DNA of 64,000 nt from Chloroflexota bacterium (lineage in GTDB: Bacteria > Chloroflexota > UBA11872). The position numbers and the translations under genes were made by a program. Shown one piece after another: positions 16,943 to 27,075 of this stretch. The notes beneath the pieces were generated by a model, which was given only the letters and a program-made list of their open reading frames with translations, was not told where the DNA came from and searched no databases. Each line of letters begins with the position of its first letter. Within the stretch, counting starts at the first letter, position 1. The stretch lies in the NCBI GenBank assembly GCA_028873795.1, contig JAPPNP010000014.1:7669-71668 (forward strand), read 5' to 3'.

Positions 16943-17528
16943 CAACCTCCCCGAAGTCATCGCGTTTTGGTATCTCGCCTTCATGGCCGTCACCGGCGGC
17001 GTGGGCGTGCTGGCGCTGCGCAACCCGGTGCACTCCGCCCTATCGCTGGTCTACGTAATTTTCCACGTCGCCGGGTTGTTCGTGATCCTGGGCGCCGGCT
17101 TCCTGGCCGTGGTCCAGATCATCGTCTATGCCGGCGCCATCGTCGTGCTGTTCCTCTTCACGCTGATGATGCTAGACATGCGCGGAATCGGCGAGGAGCG
17201 CTTCGTCCATCGACAGCTATGGCTGGCGCTGCCGCTCGGCATCCTGCTGGCCATCGAAGCCGTGTTCGTCGGCGTCGGCACGCCGGAAGTGCGTGAGGCG
17301 TTTCTCGGGGCCTTTCCGCCGCAGACGATCTCCGATCTCGGCGGCAGCACTCAGGCCATCGCCGCCGTCCTATTTAGCGAATACCTGCTGCCCTTCGAGG
17401 TCGCCAGTGTGCTGCTGCTGGTCGCGGCCATCGGCGCGATCATCCTGGCGCGGCAATTCGAGCGCGAGCTCGAAGCCATGCCGGAGGCCGCCGCCGAGGC
17501 GAACGAGTCGGCCGAGGCCGCGTCCTGA
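16935..17528 (+). CDS. nuoJ: NADH-quinone oxidoreductase subunit J
   Basis: ORF 16848..17528, trimmed to ATG 16935, which overlaps the nuoI stop by 8 nt (ATGACTGA). Hydrophobic, with the VQI.VYAGAI.VLF.F motif. Confidence 0.85.
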   Translation: MTDNLPEVIAFWYLAFMAVTGGVGVLALRNPVHSALSLVYVIFHVAGLFVILGAGFLAVVQIIVYAGAIVVLFLFTLMMLDMRGIGEERFVHRQLWLALPLGILLAIEAVFVGVGTPEVREAFLGAFPPQTISDLGGSTQAIAAVLFSEYLLPFEVASVLLLVAAIGAIILARQFERELEAMPEAAAEANESAEAAS

Positions 17529-17827
17529 TGGATCTCAACGCCTACCTGGTCGTCGGCGGCCTGCTTTTCTCGATGGGCGTGCTGGGCACCCTGCTCCGGC
17601 GCAACATCATCGTCATGCTCATTTCAATTGAACTGATGCTCAATGGCGCCAACCTAACTCTGGCGGCGTTCTCGACCTTCCTAGAGGACATGGCGGGCAA
17701 CGTGATGGTGATCTTCTCGCTAACCGTGGCGGCCGCCGAGGTCGCCGTCGGCCTGGCGATCCTCGTGGCCCTGAGCCGGGTGTTCCCCGGGGTCAACATC
17801 GACCAGCTGGACGACCTGCGCGGATGA
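17528..17827 (+). CDS. nuoK: NADH-quinone oxidoreductase subunit K
   Basis: 99 aa, three TM helices, the ELMLN..NL motif and a TGATG junction with nuoJ. Confidence 0.9.
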   Translation: MDLNAYLVVGGLLFSMGVLGTLLRRNIIVMLISIELMLNGANLTLAAFSTFLEDMAGNVMVIFSLTVAAAEVAVGLAILVALSRVFPGVNIDQLDDLRG

Positions 17828-17857
17828 CCCGGCACCCAGCGTTGCAAGGCGGCGGCC

Positions 17858-19789
17858 GTGTTTGAGGTCGTCTGGCTGATTCCTTTTGCGCCGCTGTTGG
17901 CATTCGTGATCAACGGCGTCGCCGGGCGACGCTATCCGCAGGCCACCGGCTGGGTATCCACGGGCGGAATCTTGGCCTCGTTCCTGTTCACCGGCGCGCT
18001 CTGGATCGGCGGCATCAGCGCCGACCAGCCCGGCTGGACGTTCTATCCCTGGGTGGACTCCGGCACGTTTGCCGTCAACATCGGCTTCCTGCTCGACCCG
18101 CTCGCGGTCGTGATGCTGCTGGTGGTCACCGGCGTCAGCGCGCTGGTGGCGCTCTACTCCGTGGGCTACATGAGCCACGACGCGGCGAAGCCGCGCTTCC
18201 ACACCTGGATCCCGCTCTTCGTGTTCAGCATGGTCATGCTGGTCATGTCGGACAACCTGCTGCAGCTCTTCATCTTCTGGGAGATGGTGGGCCTCTGCTC
18301 CTATCTGCTCATCGGCTACTGGCACGACCGACACAGCGCCAACATCGCCGCCACCAAGGCCTTCCTGGTCAACCGCGTCGGCGATTTCGGCTTCATCATC
18401 GGCATCGTCCTGGCGTTCTTCCATTTCGACTCGCTGCGCTATCGCGAAATCTTCGAGGTCATCGGCGACAAGGATCCGGCCATGACCACGGCCATCGCGT
18501 TCCTGCTGTTCATCGGCGCGATGGGCAAGTCGGCGCAGTTCCCGCTGCACGTGTGGCTGCCGGACGCCATGGAAGGCCCCACGCCGGTCAGCGCCCTGAT
18601 CCACGCCGCCACCATGGTCACGGCGGGCGTTTACATCGTGGCGCGCATGAACCCGCTGTATATGGTCGCGCCGGAGGCGCTGATATTCGTCGCGGCCATC
18701 GGCACGGTCACGGCCTTCGTCGCCGCGACAATTGCGCTCGTCCAAACCGACATCAAACGCGTGCTGGCGTATTCAACCGTGAGCCAGCTTGGGCTGATGT
18801 TCGTGGCCCTAGGGGCCGGTGCGTATTCGATCGCCATCTTCCACCTGGTGACGCACGCGTTCTTCAAGGCCCTGCTGTTTCTTGGGTCCGGCAGCGTCAT
18901 CCATGCCCTCAACGACGAGCAGGACATGCGCCAAATGGGCGGGCTGTGGCGCAAGATGCCGTTGACCTACGGCACGTTCCTGCTCGGTGGGCTGGCGCTG
19001 TCCGCCGTGTTTCCGCTGGCCGGCTTCTGGAGCAAGGACGAAATCCTGGCCAGCGCCTTCTTGAAAGCCGTCGCACCCGCGGGAACGACGCTATCCGCCG
19101 ACCACGGCGCGGGCATCTTCTGGCTCTTCTTCATTGTGGGCCTGGTGGTGTCGCTCATGACGGCGTTCTACACGCTGCGCATGATCCTGATGACGTTCCA
19201 CGGCAAGCCGCGGAACCAGGAGCTCCACGACCACGCCCATGAATCACCGTGGGTGATGACCCTGCCGCTGGGCGTGCTGGCCGTCGGCGCGGTCGTTGGG
19301 GGCGCGGTCCTGGGAATTCCGCCCGAGCACGGCTTTCTCCACGAATACCTCTACAAGACGGCCGGCATCACCCACTTCGAAGGCGCCGGCGATCCCCCAA
19401 CGGTGGTCCTAGCCATCATCTCGACGGTGGTGGCCCTGGCCGGCGTGGCCATCGCCTACCTGGCCTACCGCAAGGGCGTGCCGATCCCCGATACGGCGCG
19501 CCGACTGGCGCCCGGCGCCGAGAAGCTGTTCCAGCGCAAGTGGTACATGGACCACTTGGGCGATGGGCTGATGGTGATGTTGACCCGAGCCATCGCCGTC
19601 GTGTCCTGGGGATTTGACGCCGGCGTGATCGACGGACTGGTCAACGCGTCAGGCACAGTCACGCGCCGCCTGAGCGGCGAAATGCGACGACTGCAGACCG
19701 GCCAGGCGCAGAACTACGCGCTGCTCATGGTCGTCGGCATCGTGCTGGTCATCGGCGGGCTCATGATCTTCGGAGGGAACGCGACATGA
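17858..19789 (+). CDS. nuoL: NADH-quinone oxidoreductase subunit L
   Basis: 643 aa Mrp-antiporter-like subunit with [32 protein letters not shown]. Confidence 0.95.
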   Translation: MFEVVWLIPFAPLLAFVINGVAGRRYPQATGWVSTGGILASFLFTGALWIGGISADQPGWTFYPWVDSGTFAVNIGFLLDPLAVVMLLVVTGVSALVALYSVGYMSHDAAKPRFHTWIPLFVFSMVMLVMSDNLLQLFIFWEMVGLCSYLLIGYWHDRHSANIAATKAFLVNRVGDFGFIIGIVLAFFHFDSLRYREIFEVIGDKDPAMTTAIAFLLFIGAMGKSAQFPLHVWLPDAMEGPTPVSALIHAATMVTAGVYIVARMNPLYMVAPEALIFVAAIGTVTAFVAATIALVQTDIKRVLAYSTVSQLGLMFVALGAGAYSIAIFHLVTHAFFKALLFLGSGSVIHALNDEQDMRQMGGLWRKMPLTYGTFLLGGLALSAVFPLAGFWSKDEILASAFLKAVAPAGTTLSADHGAGIFWLFFIVGLVVSLMTAFYTLRMILMTFHGKPRNQELHDHAHESPWVMTLPLGVLAVGAVVGGAVLGIPPEHGFLHEYLYKTAGITHFEGAGDPPTVVLAIISTVVALAGVAIAYLAYRKGVPIPDTARRLAPGAEKLFQRKWYMDHLGDGLMVMLTRAIAVVSWGFDAGVIDGLVNASGTVTRRLSGEMRRLQTGQAQNYALLMVVGIVLVIGGLMIFGGNAT

Positions 19790-21267
19790 GCGGCGAAGCC
19801 GCGCTCGACCTTCCCCTCATCTCGCTGCTGCTGTGGCTGCCGTTGATCATCGGCATCCCCGCCGTGCTTCTCACCCGCACGCGCGACCTGCAGGCGCTGT
19901 CCGCCTTTGCCGCCACGCTGGTTCAGTTGGCCTTCGCCATCATCATCGTCATCACCTTCAACACCGAGTTCGATCCCGAGCTGGCATATCAGCACGGCGA
20001 GTTCGCCGAGTGGATTCCCGCCCTGGGCATCAACTACAAGCTGGGGGTGGACGGCATCTCGATCCTGATGGTGCTGTTGACCGGCATCCTGGGACCGGTC
20101 GTCGCGGCCACCTCGTGGCTGACGATCAAGACGCGCGCCCGGGAATTCTTCCTCAACCTGCTGCTTTTGCAAACCGGAATGATGGGCGTGTTCGTCACGC
20201 TCGACTTCATCCTGTTCTACGTGTTCTGGGAAATGATGCTGATCCCGATGTACCTGATGATCGGCATCTGGGGCGGCGAGCGGCGCATCTACGCGACGAT
20301 CAAGTTCTTCCTCTACACCTTCGCCGGCAGCGTGCTGATGCTGGTGGCGATCCTGGCGCTGCGCTTCAACACCGGCACCTTCGACATCGAGGCCATTCCG
20401 GCGCACATGCAAGACGCCGCGATCGAACTGCAACGGTGGGTGTTCGTGGCATTCCTGCTCGCGTTCGCCATCAAGGTGCCGATGTTCCCGTTCCACACGT
20501 GGCTGCCCGACGCCCATGTGGAGGCCCCAACCGGCGGCAGCGTCTTGCTGGCCGGAGTGCTGCTCAAGATGGGGGCCTACGGCTTCCTGCGCTTCATGCT
20601 GCCGATGACGCCCGACGCCGTGGCCGACGTGCGCGGGCTGCTGATTGCGCTCTCGATCGTGGCCATCATCTACGGCGCACTGGTCGCGATGGTCCAGCCG
20701 GATCTCAAGAAGCTCATTGCCTATTCCAGCGTGAGCCATATGGGCTTTGTGACATTAGGGATCTTCAGCGGCTCGCAGACTGGAATTGACGGCGCCATCA
20801 TCCTGATGGTGAGCCACGGGCTGGTGACGGGTGCGCTGTTCCTCGCCGTCGGCGTGGTCTATGAGCGGGCTCACACTCGCCAGATCGCCGAGCTCGGGGG
20901 TCTGGTGACGCGAATGCCCGCCTACGCCGTCACGCTCGGGTTCTTCACGTTGGCGTCCCTGGGATTGCCGATGCTGAGCAGCTTCGTGGGCGAGTTTCTC
21001 GTGCTGGTCGGCGCCTTCGACTACGGCATCGGCGCGGGAGTGACGGCCGCCATCGGCGTGGTGCTGGCGGCGGCCTACATGCTCTGGATGTACCAGCGCG
21101 TCGTGCTGGGTCGAATCCGCAACGACGCGCTGAGCTCGATCAGCGACATCAATCGCGTGGAGGGTGCGGCATTCGCCGCGCTGGCCGTCCTGGTGCTGTG
21201 GATCGGCATCTATCCGGCGACCTTCGTCGACATGATCACCGGCGCCACAGCCGGGTTGGTGGGCTAG
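19786..21267 (+). CDS. nuoM: NADH-quinone oxidoreductase subunit M
   Basis: 493 aa with FAIK.PMFPFHTWLPDAHVEAPT.GSV.LAG. It overlaps nuoL by 4 nt. Confidence 0.95.
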   Translation: MSGEAALDLPLISLLLWLPLIIGIPAVLLTRTRDLQALSAFAATLVQLAFAIIIVITFNTEFDPELAYQHGEFAEWIPALGINYKLGVDGISILMVLLTGILGPVVAATSWLTIKTRAREFFLNLLLLQTGMMGVFVTLDFILFYVFWEMMLIPMYLMIGIWGGERRIYATIKFFLYTFAGSVLMLVAILALRFNTGTFDIEAIPAHMQDAAIELQRWVFVAFLLAFAIKVPMFPFHTWLPDAHVEAPTGGSVLLAGVLLKMGAYGFLRFMLPMTPDAVADVRGLLIALSIVAIIYGALVAMVQPDLKKLIAYSSVSHMGFVTLGIFSGSQTGIDGAIILMVSHGLVTGALFLAVGVVYERAHTRQIAELGGLVTRMPAYAVTLGFFTLASLGLPMLSSFVGEFLVLVGAFDYGIGAGVTAAIGVVLAAAYMLWMYQRVVLGRIRNDALSSISDINRVEGAAFAALAVLVLWIGIYPATFVDMITGATAGLVG

Positions 21268-21271
21268 CGCC

Positions 21272-22801
21272 ATGGGCGAAGTCAACGCTGCCGACCTGAC
21301 CTGGATCCTCCCGGAGATCATCGTGGCGGGAAGCGCCATGCTGCTGCTGCTGTGGACGGCGATCCTGCGCAACGACGATCGCTGGTGGTCGGTGAGCATC
21401 GCGCTCGGCGCCAACGCCACCGCCGGAATCGTGATGGCGCTGCGCCAGCCGATCGACGGCGGAGCGCTCGAAATATTCAGCGGGCAGCTCGTCATCGACG
21501 GCTTTTCCACCTTCTTCCGGGCGCTGTTCCTCGTCGTCGGATCGCTCGCCGTCCTCACCGTCGCCCAACGCTTCGAGCGCGTGCCGTTCACCGAGACGGC
21601 GGCGACGCTGCAGTTTTCGCTCAGCGGCATGCTGCTGATGGCAGGCGCCGTGGACTGGGTGACGGCCTTCATCGCGTTGGAGTTGATGGCGGTCCCCGTG
21701 TACGTGCTTACGGCCATGACCCGGTTCCGCCGAGACTCGGTGGAAGCCGCCATGAAATACCTGGTGCTTGGGGCATTCGCCACGGCGGTGCTGGTCTACG
21801 GCATCGCCTGGACCTACGGTCTCACCGGCACCACCTACTTCCCCGAGCTTGCCGAGCGCATCATGACCGTGGGGGCCAGCCCCTGGATGCTGTTCGCCAT
21901 CGGGCTCATCCTGGTTGGCTTTGGATTCAAGGTCGCGGCGGTACCGTTCCACGCCTGGACGCCGGATGCCTATCAGGGCGCGCCCACGCCGCTGGCCGCG
22001 TTCATTTCCGTTGGACCAAAGGTCGCGGCCGTGGCGCTGCTGGCGCGCGTCGTCGGGCTGGGTTTCGGATTCGAAGGTCCGGCATCCGGCCCCGACGCCT
22101 CAGTGGTCCTCGATATCGCCCTGGCCATCGCGATCATCGCCAGCGTCACCATGATCGTCGGCAACGTCGTAGCCATCTCGCAGTCGAACATCAAGCGAAT
22201 GCTGGGCTATTCGAGCATTGCGCACACCGGATACATGCTGGTCGGCCTTGCCGCGGTCACGCGAGTCGAAGCCGACACCGGCTTCGCTTCATTTGACTTC
22301 GTGGGCCTGCCGTCAGTGCTGTTCTACGGCTTCGTCTACGCGTTTATGAACTTCGGAGCGTTCGCGGTGGCGCACGTCGTGGAATACCAGACCGGCAGCA
22401 ACGAAATCTCGGCATTCCGGGGGCTGATGCAGCGCTCGCCGGTTCCCGCGGCGGCGATGGCGGTGTTCATGCTCGGCTTGACCGGGATTCCGCCACTGAC
22501 CGGTTTCTTCGGCAAGCTCTACATTCTCCAGGCAGCGGTTGAGTCCGACCTGGGTTGGCTGGCGATATTGCTGGTCGTGACCTCGGTGGTATCCGCGTTC
22601 TACTACCTGCGCGTCATCGTGCAGATGTTCATGAGCGATCCTGAAGCCGAGGCGGCGTCCGGCGACGCGCCCTCCGCCGACGTGGCCGACCTGCACACCG
22701 CCGTCATCACGGCCACCGCGGGCGCGACGCTGGCGCTTGGCATCGTCGGCGGCGGCATCCTCGCCTGGGCTCAGTCGTCCGTGGCGATGGGGCTGTTCTA
22801 G
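21272..22801 (+). CDS. nuoN: NADH-quinone oxidoreductase subunit N
   Basis: 509 aa with FKVAAVPFH.W.PDAYQGAPTP and SIAH.GYML. Confidence 0.9.
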   Translation: MGEVNAADLTWILPEIIVAGSAMLLLLWTAILRNDDRWWSVSIALGANATAGIVMALRQPIDGGALEIFSGQLVIDGFSTFFRALFLVVGSLAVLTVAQRFERVPFTETAATLQFSLSGMLLMAGAVDWVTAFIALELMAVPVYVLTAMTRFRRDSVEAAMKYLVLGAFATAVLVYGIAWTYGLTGTTYFPELAERIMTVGASPWMLFAIGLILVGFGFKVAAVPFHAWTPDAYQGAPTPLAAFISVGPKVAAVALLARVVGLGFGFEGPASGPDASVVLDIALAIAIIASVTMIVGNVVAISQSNIKRMLGYSSIAHTGYMLVGLAAVTRVEADTGFASFDFVGLPSVLFYGFVYAFMNFGAFAVAHVVEYQTGSNEISAFRGLMQRSPVPAAAMAVFMLGLTGIPPLTGFFGKLYILQAAVESDLGWLAILLVVTSVVSAFYYLRVIVQMFMSDPEAEAASGDAPSADVADLHTAVITATAGATLALGIVGGGILAWAQSSVAMGLF

Positions 22802-22813
22802 GCGCGTCGTTCC

Positions 22814-24166
22814 TCAGTCGGCCGACAGGTCGACACACGCGGCATCAATTCGATCCAGCGTCTCGTCGATGACTTCGGCGTCGTGCGCCGCGCCGAATCC
22901 ATGGTGACCGACCACCACGTCGTAGACGTGGAAGTAGACCCCGCGCGCGTAGCACGCCCGCGCGAAGCGCTTGAGAGTTTCGGAGTCGTGTCCGGCAATG
23001 TCCTGATACGCGCGCGGCTCGATTTCGGGGTCGAGACCGAAATAGAGCGCGAATCGCGGCCCCACGCCCTGGACGCGGCAGCGAATATCCCGATGCTCGA
23101 AGATCTCCCTGAGACCGCCGTAGAACCGGTCGGACATGGCCATCAGCCCCGTTTCGCCGTCGTAGACGCCGGGTGACTCCAGCGCGTCGAGCGTGGCCAG
23201 CGCGGCCAGGACGCCGAAGATGTGGCCCGAGTACGTCCCGCTGTGCGCCGACTGGCCCAGCGGCGCCAGTCCCGACATCACCTCGCGCCGACCGGCGATG
23301 ACCGCCAGCGGAACGCCGTTCGCCACGGCCTTGCCGAGCAGCGTCACGTCGGGCGTGACGTCGTAGAAGCCCTGGGCGCAGTCAGTACCGGTGCGGAATC
23401 CCGACAGCACTTCGTCGAAGATCAGCACGCTTCCCTGGTCGCGCGTGATTTCGCGAACCGCCCGCAGATAGTCGCCATCCGCAAGCAGAGCGCCGGCGTT
23501 GTAGTTGATCGGCTCCATGATCACCGCGGCGATGTCCGAGCCGTGACTCTCGAAGGCCCGGCTCAGGGCCGGCAGGTCGTTCCAGGGCGCCACGACCACC
23601 GCATCGGCAAACGCCGACGGAATGCCCGCGGAATCCGCCGACGTCGCCAATATCTCGCCGGGAGTGACGGTGCGGGGCTCGGGGTGCGTGTTGTAGAGCA
23701 CGTGCTCATGAATGCCGTGAAAGTGCCCTTCAAACTTGAGGATCTTGGTGCGTCCGGTGTGCGCCCGCGCCAAGCGGATCGCCGCCATCGTGGCCTCGGA
23801 TCCCGAGTTGGCGAAGCGCACCATCTCAGCAGACGGCACCAGGTCCACCAGGCGACGCGCGAGGCGCTCCTGGTAGACCGTCTCGGGGCCATGGATGATG
23901 CCCATGTCGAGCGCCTGCTCGATCGCCGCGCGCACGCCGGCGTGGCCATACCCGAGGATGACGGAGCCGAAGCCGGAGAAATAGTCCAGATACCGGCGCC
24001 CATCCGGCGCAATGATGTAGGGGCCTTCCCCGCTGGCCGCGAGCATGGCTTGCCCCAGCGCTGCGTTTTCGCGCGCCGCTCCGGAGATGCCGGCCGGCAG
24101 CACTTCGCGCGCCGCGTCGAAGTGCGCAGTGGCCGAGTCGGTCTCGGATGGCTGCGCCGTCGTCAT
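22814..24166 (-). CDS. class-III aminotransferase (glutamate-1-semialdehyde aminomutase-like)
   Basis: 450 aa with FANSGSEATMAAIRLAR, IFDEV.SGFR and the LLGKAVANG catalytic Lys. Substrate is not assignable from sequence alone. Confidence 0.75.
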   Translation of the reverse strand: MTTAQPSETDSATAHFDAAREVLPAGISGAARENAALGQAMLAASGEGPYIIAPDGRRYLDYFSGFGSVILGYGHAGVRAAIEQALDMGIIHGPETVYQERLARRLVDLVPSAEMVRFANSGSEATMAAIRLARAHTGRTKILKFEGHFHGIHEHVLYNTHPEPRTVTPGEILATSADSAGIPSAFADAVVVAPWNDLPALSRAFESHGSDIAAVIMEPINYNAGALLADGDYLRAVREITRDQGSVLIFDEVLSGFRTGTDCAQGFYDVTPDVTLLGKAVANGVPLAVIAGRREVMSGLAPLGQSAHSGTYSGHIFGVLAALATLDALESPGVYDGETGLMAMSDRFYGGLREIFEHRDIRCRVQGVGPRFALYFGLDPEIEPRAYQDIAGHDSETLKRFARACYARGVYFHVYDVVVGHHGFGAAHDAEVIDETLDRIDAACVDLSAD

Positions 24167-24320
24167 GGGCTTGCTTTCAGAGTTACCACGTCGCGTCGCC
24201 AGCGACGATAGTACCCACGTCGGGGGCGCCCCGAAGCTGCCAGTCCATCACGAGTTAGCCGATCGGCGCGAAGTGACGGCCGACACTCAACGCGGCGCCT
24301 GCCGCCGATCCGCGGACGCC

Positions 24321-24560
24321 CTAACCTGACTCGACGTTCGTCTCGATGTAGTCCAACGCGTCCTTGACGGAGACGATCTTCTGGGCGTCCTCGTCCGGAA
24401 TCGTGATGTCGTATTCGTCCTCGAGCGCCATGATCAGCTCAACCTGGTCCAACGAGTCGGCGTTGAGGTCCTCAACAAACTTCGACTCCTGCGCGATGTC
24501 CTCGGCGGGAATATCAAGCTTGTCCGCAATTACGGCCACTACCCGTTCAAACGTCCCCAC
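24321..24560 (-). CDS. acpP: acyl carrier protein
   Basis: 79 aa, acidic, with the LNADSLDQVELIMALE phosphopantetheine-attachment motif. Confidence 0.95.
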   Translation of the reverse strand: MGTFERVVAVIADKLDIPAEDIAQESKFVEDLNADSLDQVELIMALEDEYDITIPDEDAQKIVSVKDALDYIETNVESG

Positions 24561-24563
24561 GCC

Positions 24564-25184
24564 TTACCTCTCTCCGTGTAGCCCGGCACTGCTCGCAATA
24601 GTCGCCGCGATGGCGGCCTTTATGGCGTCGTACCAGATGAAGATCCCGGCGCCATTGAGCCAGGCCAGCCCCCAAGGATTGGACTTGTCAGTGGCGAGCA
24701 GATAGTACAGGGCAAGGTGGTTGACGCCAAAGATGTAGATGATCGGAATGCCCGCCAGCGCCGCCGGCAACTCGACTTTGGCGAGTCGTTCGATCACGCC
24801 CTGGCTGCCGTCCGATCGGGCCTCGAAGCGGCGACGCAGGAACTGTGCGGTCAGGCCCACCACCACCGCCGCGATGACAAACCCGTAGATATAGCCGGCT
24901 GACGGCGAGAAAAAGTAGGCCGGCCCGCCGCCGCGAGCGAATATCGGCGCTCCGGCGAACCCGATGATGGCGTAGAGCCCCATGGAGGCGCCGGCGCGCC
25001 ACGGGCCGAGCAGCAACCCGGCCAGCAGCACCATCAGCACTTGCAGGGTGTACGGGACCGGTTCGGCCTCGACCTTGGCGTGAGCCGCCGGCCACATCAT
25101 CACCGTGAAGGCGCCGATCAGGAGCGCGTCGGATCCCGCCATGAGCGCCCCGCGCCGGCGAGCGGCTGCAACTACGTGTGACAT
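24564..25184 (-). CDS. bioY: biotin transporter BioY
   Basis: 206 aa with about six TM helices and BioY-like P.T.Q......GL.LG and PSAGYIYGF segments. It lies between accB and acpP. Confidence 0.75.
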   Translation of the reverse strand: MSHVVAAARRRGALMAGSDALLIGAFTVMMWPAAHAKVEAEPVPYTLQVLMVLLAGLLLGPWRAGASMGLYAIIGFAGAPIFARGGGPAYFFSPSAGYIYGFVIAAVVVGLTAQFLRRRFEARSDGSQGVIERLAKVELPAALAGIPIIYIFGVNHLALYYLLATDKSNPWGLAWLNGAGIFIWYDAIKAAIAATIASSAGLHGER

Positions 25185-25187
25185 GAC

Positions 25188-25628
25188 CTAGGGATAGCCT
25201 CCTGACGTTGTGGCATCGGCATCCACCCGCAGCAGCGGTTGGCCCGCCGCAACACCGTCGCCGCTGCGCACGAGGATGCGCGCCACGCGGCCGTCAACAT
25301 CCGCCAGCACCTCGTTGAAGACTTTCATGGCCTCGACGAGACCCACCAGATCGCCTTCCCGAATCTGTTGCCCCACCTGAACGAACGCCGGATCGCCCGG
25401 CTTTGGCGTGGCGAAGAACGTGCCGGCGAGCGGTGCGCGCACCAGGTGACCGGCGGGCTCATCGGGCTTGGCTGCCGCCGGCAGATCCGTCGGCGCTCGC
25501 GCGGCCGACATGCCGGCGCGCCTGAGGCTCACCCGCTCCGAGCCGATGCGAATCTCCAGCTCGGCGAGGTCCAAGTCGCGCATCGCCTCGAGCACGGCCA
25601 TCACGCGCTGCCGCAGGTTCATGGTCAC
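25188..25628 (-). CDS. accB: acetyl-CoA carboxylase biotin carboxyl carrier protein
   Basis: 146 aa with an Ala/Pro linker and the C-terminal biotinyl domain motif VEAMKVFNEV. Confidence 0.9.
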   Translation of the reverse strand: MTMNLRQRVMAVLEAMRDLDLAELEIRIGSERVSLRRAGMSAARAPTDLPAAAKPDEPAGHLVRAPLAGTFFATPKPGDPAFVQVGQQIREGDLVGLVEAMKVFNEVLADVDGRVARILVRSGDGVAAGQPLLRVDADATTSGGYP

Positions 25629-25645
25629 CGCGCGTCACCGCACCC

Positions 25646-26887
25646 CTAGCTGTCGTCTGACCCGACGATGAGCGCCGCATTCTGGCCTCCGAAGCCAAAG
25701 CTGTTCGACATGACCCGCCGGAGCGGCAACTCGCGGGCCTGGTTCGGCACATAGTCCAAGTCGCAGTCCGGATCCGGAATCTCATAGTTAATCGTCGGAG
25801 GGGCCACATTGTCCCGCAGTGCTTGAAGGCACAGAATAAGCTCCACGGAACCAGCGGCTCCAATGAGGTGCCCCATCATCGATTTGGTGGAGCTGATGGG
25901 AACATCCATGGCCCCATTGCTGAACACGCCCTTGAGGGCCTGGGTCTCGGCCGAGTCACCCTGTTCAGTGGCGGTGCCGTGGGCGTTGACGTAGTCGATG
26001 TCGGAGCTGTCCAGCCGCGCGTTCCGCAGGGCGTTCTCCATGGCGAGACGTGCGCCGCGGCCATCGGCGGGCGGCTGGGTCATGTGGAACGCGTCGGCAG
26101 ACGCGCCATAGCCCAACAGCTCGCCGCAGATCTCGGCCCCGCGTGCCTCGGCATGGGCATACGATTCCAGAATCACGACGCCGGCGCCCTCCGCGGCGAC
26201 AAATCCATCCCGCTCCCGATCGAACGGACGCGAGGCACGCTCCGGCTCATCGTTTCGGGTGGACAACGCGCGACCCGCGCAAAAGCCGGCCAGACCAATA
26301 GGCGAGATGGCTCCTTCTGTGCCGCCCGCCAGCATCGCGTCCGCCTCACCGCGTCTGATCACCTCGGCGGCTTCGCCAATGGAGTGCGCGCCCGTCGCGC
26401 AGGCGGAGACCACGGCAAGATTGGGCCCCTCGATGCCGTATTCCATCGAGACCATCCCCGCGGCCATGTTTCCGATGATGAGCGGGATGAGGAACGGGCT
26501 TATGCGGGACGGGCCACGTTCGCGCAGCACGTCAGTCTGGTTCTGGAGAAATACCAAACCGCCGATGCCGGTGCCGATGTAGACCCCGACGCGGTGGCGG
26601 TTGGCATCGGTGATTTCGAGTCCCGAGTGCTCGAGCGCCGCCCGCGACGCTTCCAGCGCGAACTGCGTGAAGCGGTCGGTTCGCCGCGCGTGCTTGGAGC
26701 CGAGCTTCGCCTTGGGGTCCCACGGCGTGACCTCGCCCGCGATCTGCGAGGTAAAGGCCGCCGGATCGAATGCCGTGATTCGCCCGATGCCGCTTTCGCC
26801 GCTCAGAACGGCCCGCCACGTATCGTCGGCGTTGTCCGCCAGTGGGGTCACCGCCCCATAGCCTGTGATGACGACTCGATCGTGCAT
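25646..26887 (-). CDS. fabF: 3-oxoacyl-ACP synthase II
   Basis: ORF 25646..27004, trimmed to ATG 26887 (MHDRVVITGYGAVTPL). Active-site VVSACATGAHSIG, HGT.T..GD and the C-terminal NSFGFGG.N. Confidence 0.9.
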   Translation of the reverse strand: MHDRVVITGYGAVTPLADNADDTWRAVLSGESGIGRITAFDPAAFTSQIAGEVTPWDPKAKLGSKHARRTDRFTQFALEASRAALEHSGLEITDANRHRVGVYIGTGIGGLVFLQNQTDVLRERGPSRISPFLIPLIIGNMAAGMVSMEYGIEGPNLAVVSACATGAHSIGEAAEVIRRGEADAMLAGGTEGAISPIGLAGFCAGRALSTRNDEPERASRPFDRERDGFVAAEGAGVVILESYAHAEARGAEICGELLGYGASADAFHMTQPPADGRGARLAMENALRNARLDSSDIDYVNAHGTATEQGDSAETQALKGVFSNGAMDVPISSTKSMMGHLIGAAGSVELILCLQALRDNVAPPTINYEIPDPDCDLDYVPNQARELPLRRVMSNSFGFGGQNAALIVGSDDS

Positions 26888-27033
26888 GGAGTTCCGTGCT
26901 GCTGCCATGAGGGCCGGCGCAAGCGTGGGATGAGCGCCGCCCTGAGTATATCGCGGGCGGGTACTCGGACCTTCCGGCAATGCCGTGCGCCGTTGGTCGA
27001 ACAAGATTGAGCTTCGCGCTATTCTGCGACCCG

Positions 27034-27060
27034 GGCCGCCACGGCGGCCGCTTTCTTTCT
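27034..27060 (+). other. GC hairpin (GGCCGC-CACG-GCGGCC) plus T-rich tract in the fabH 5' leader
   Basis: Read directly from the sequence. It lies 16 nt upstream of the fabH ATG, just before the GAGAGGA SD. A possible -10 TATTCT sits at 27020-27025. Confidence 0.3.
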
Positions 27061-27075
27061 AACCCGAGAGGACGC

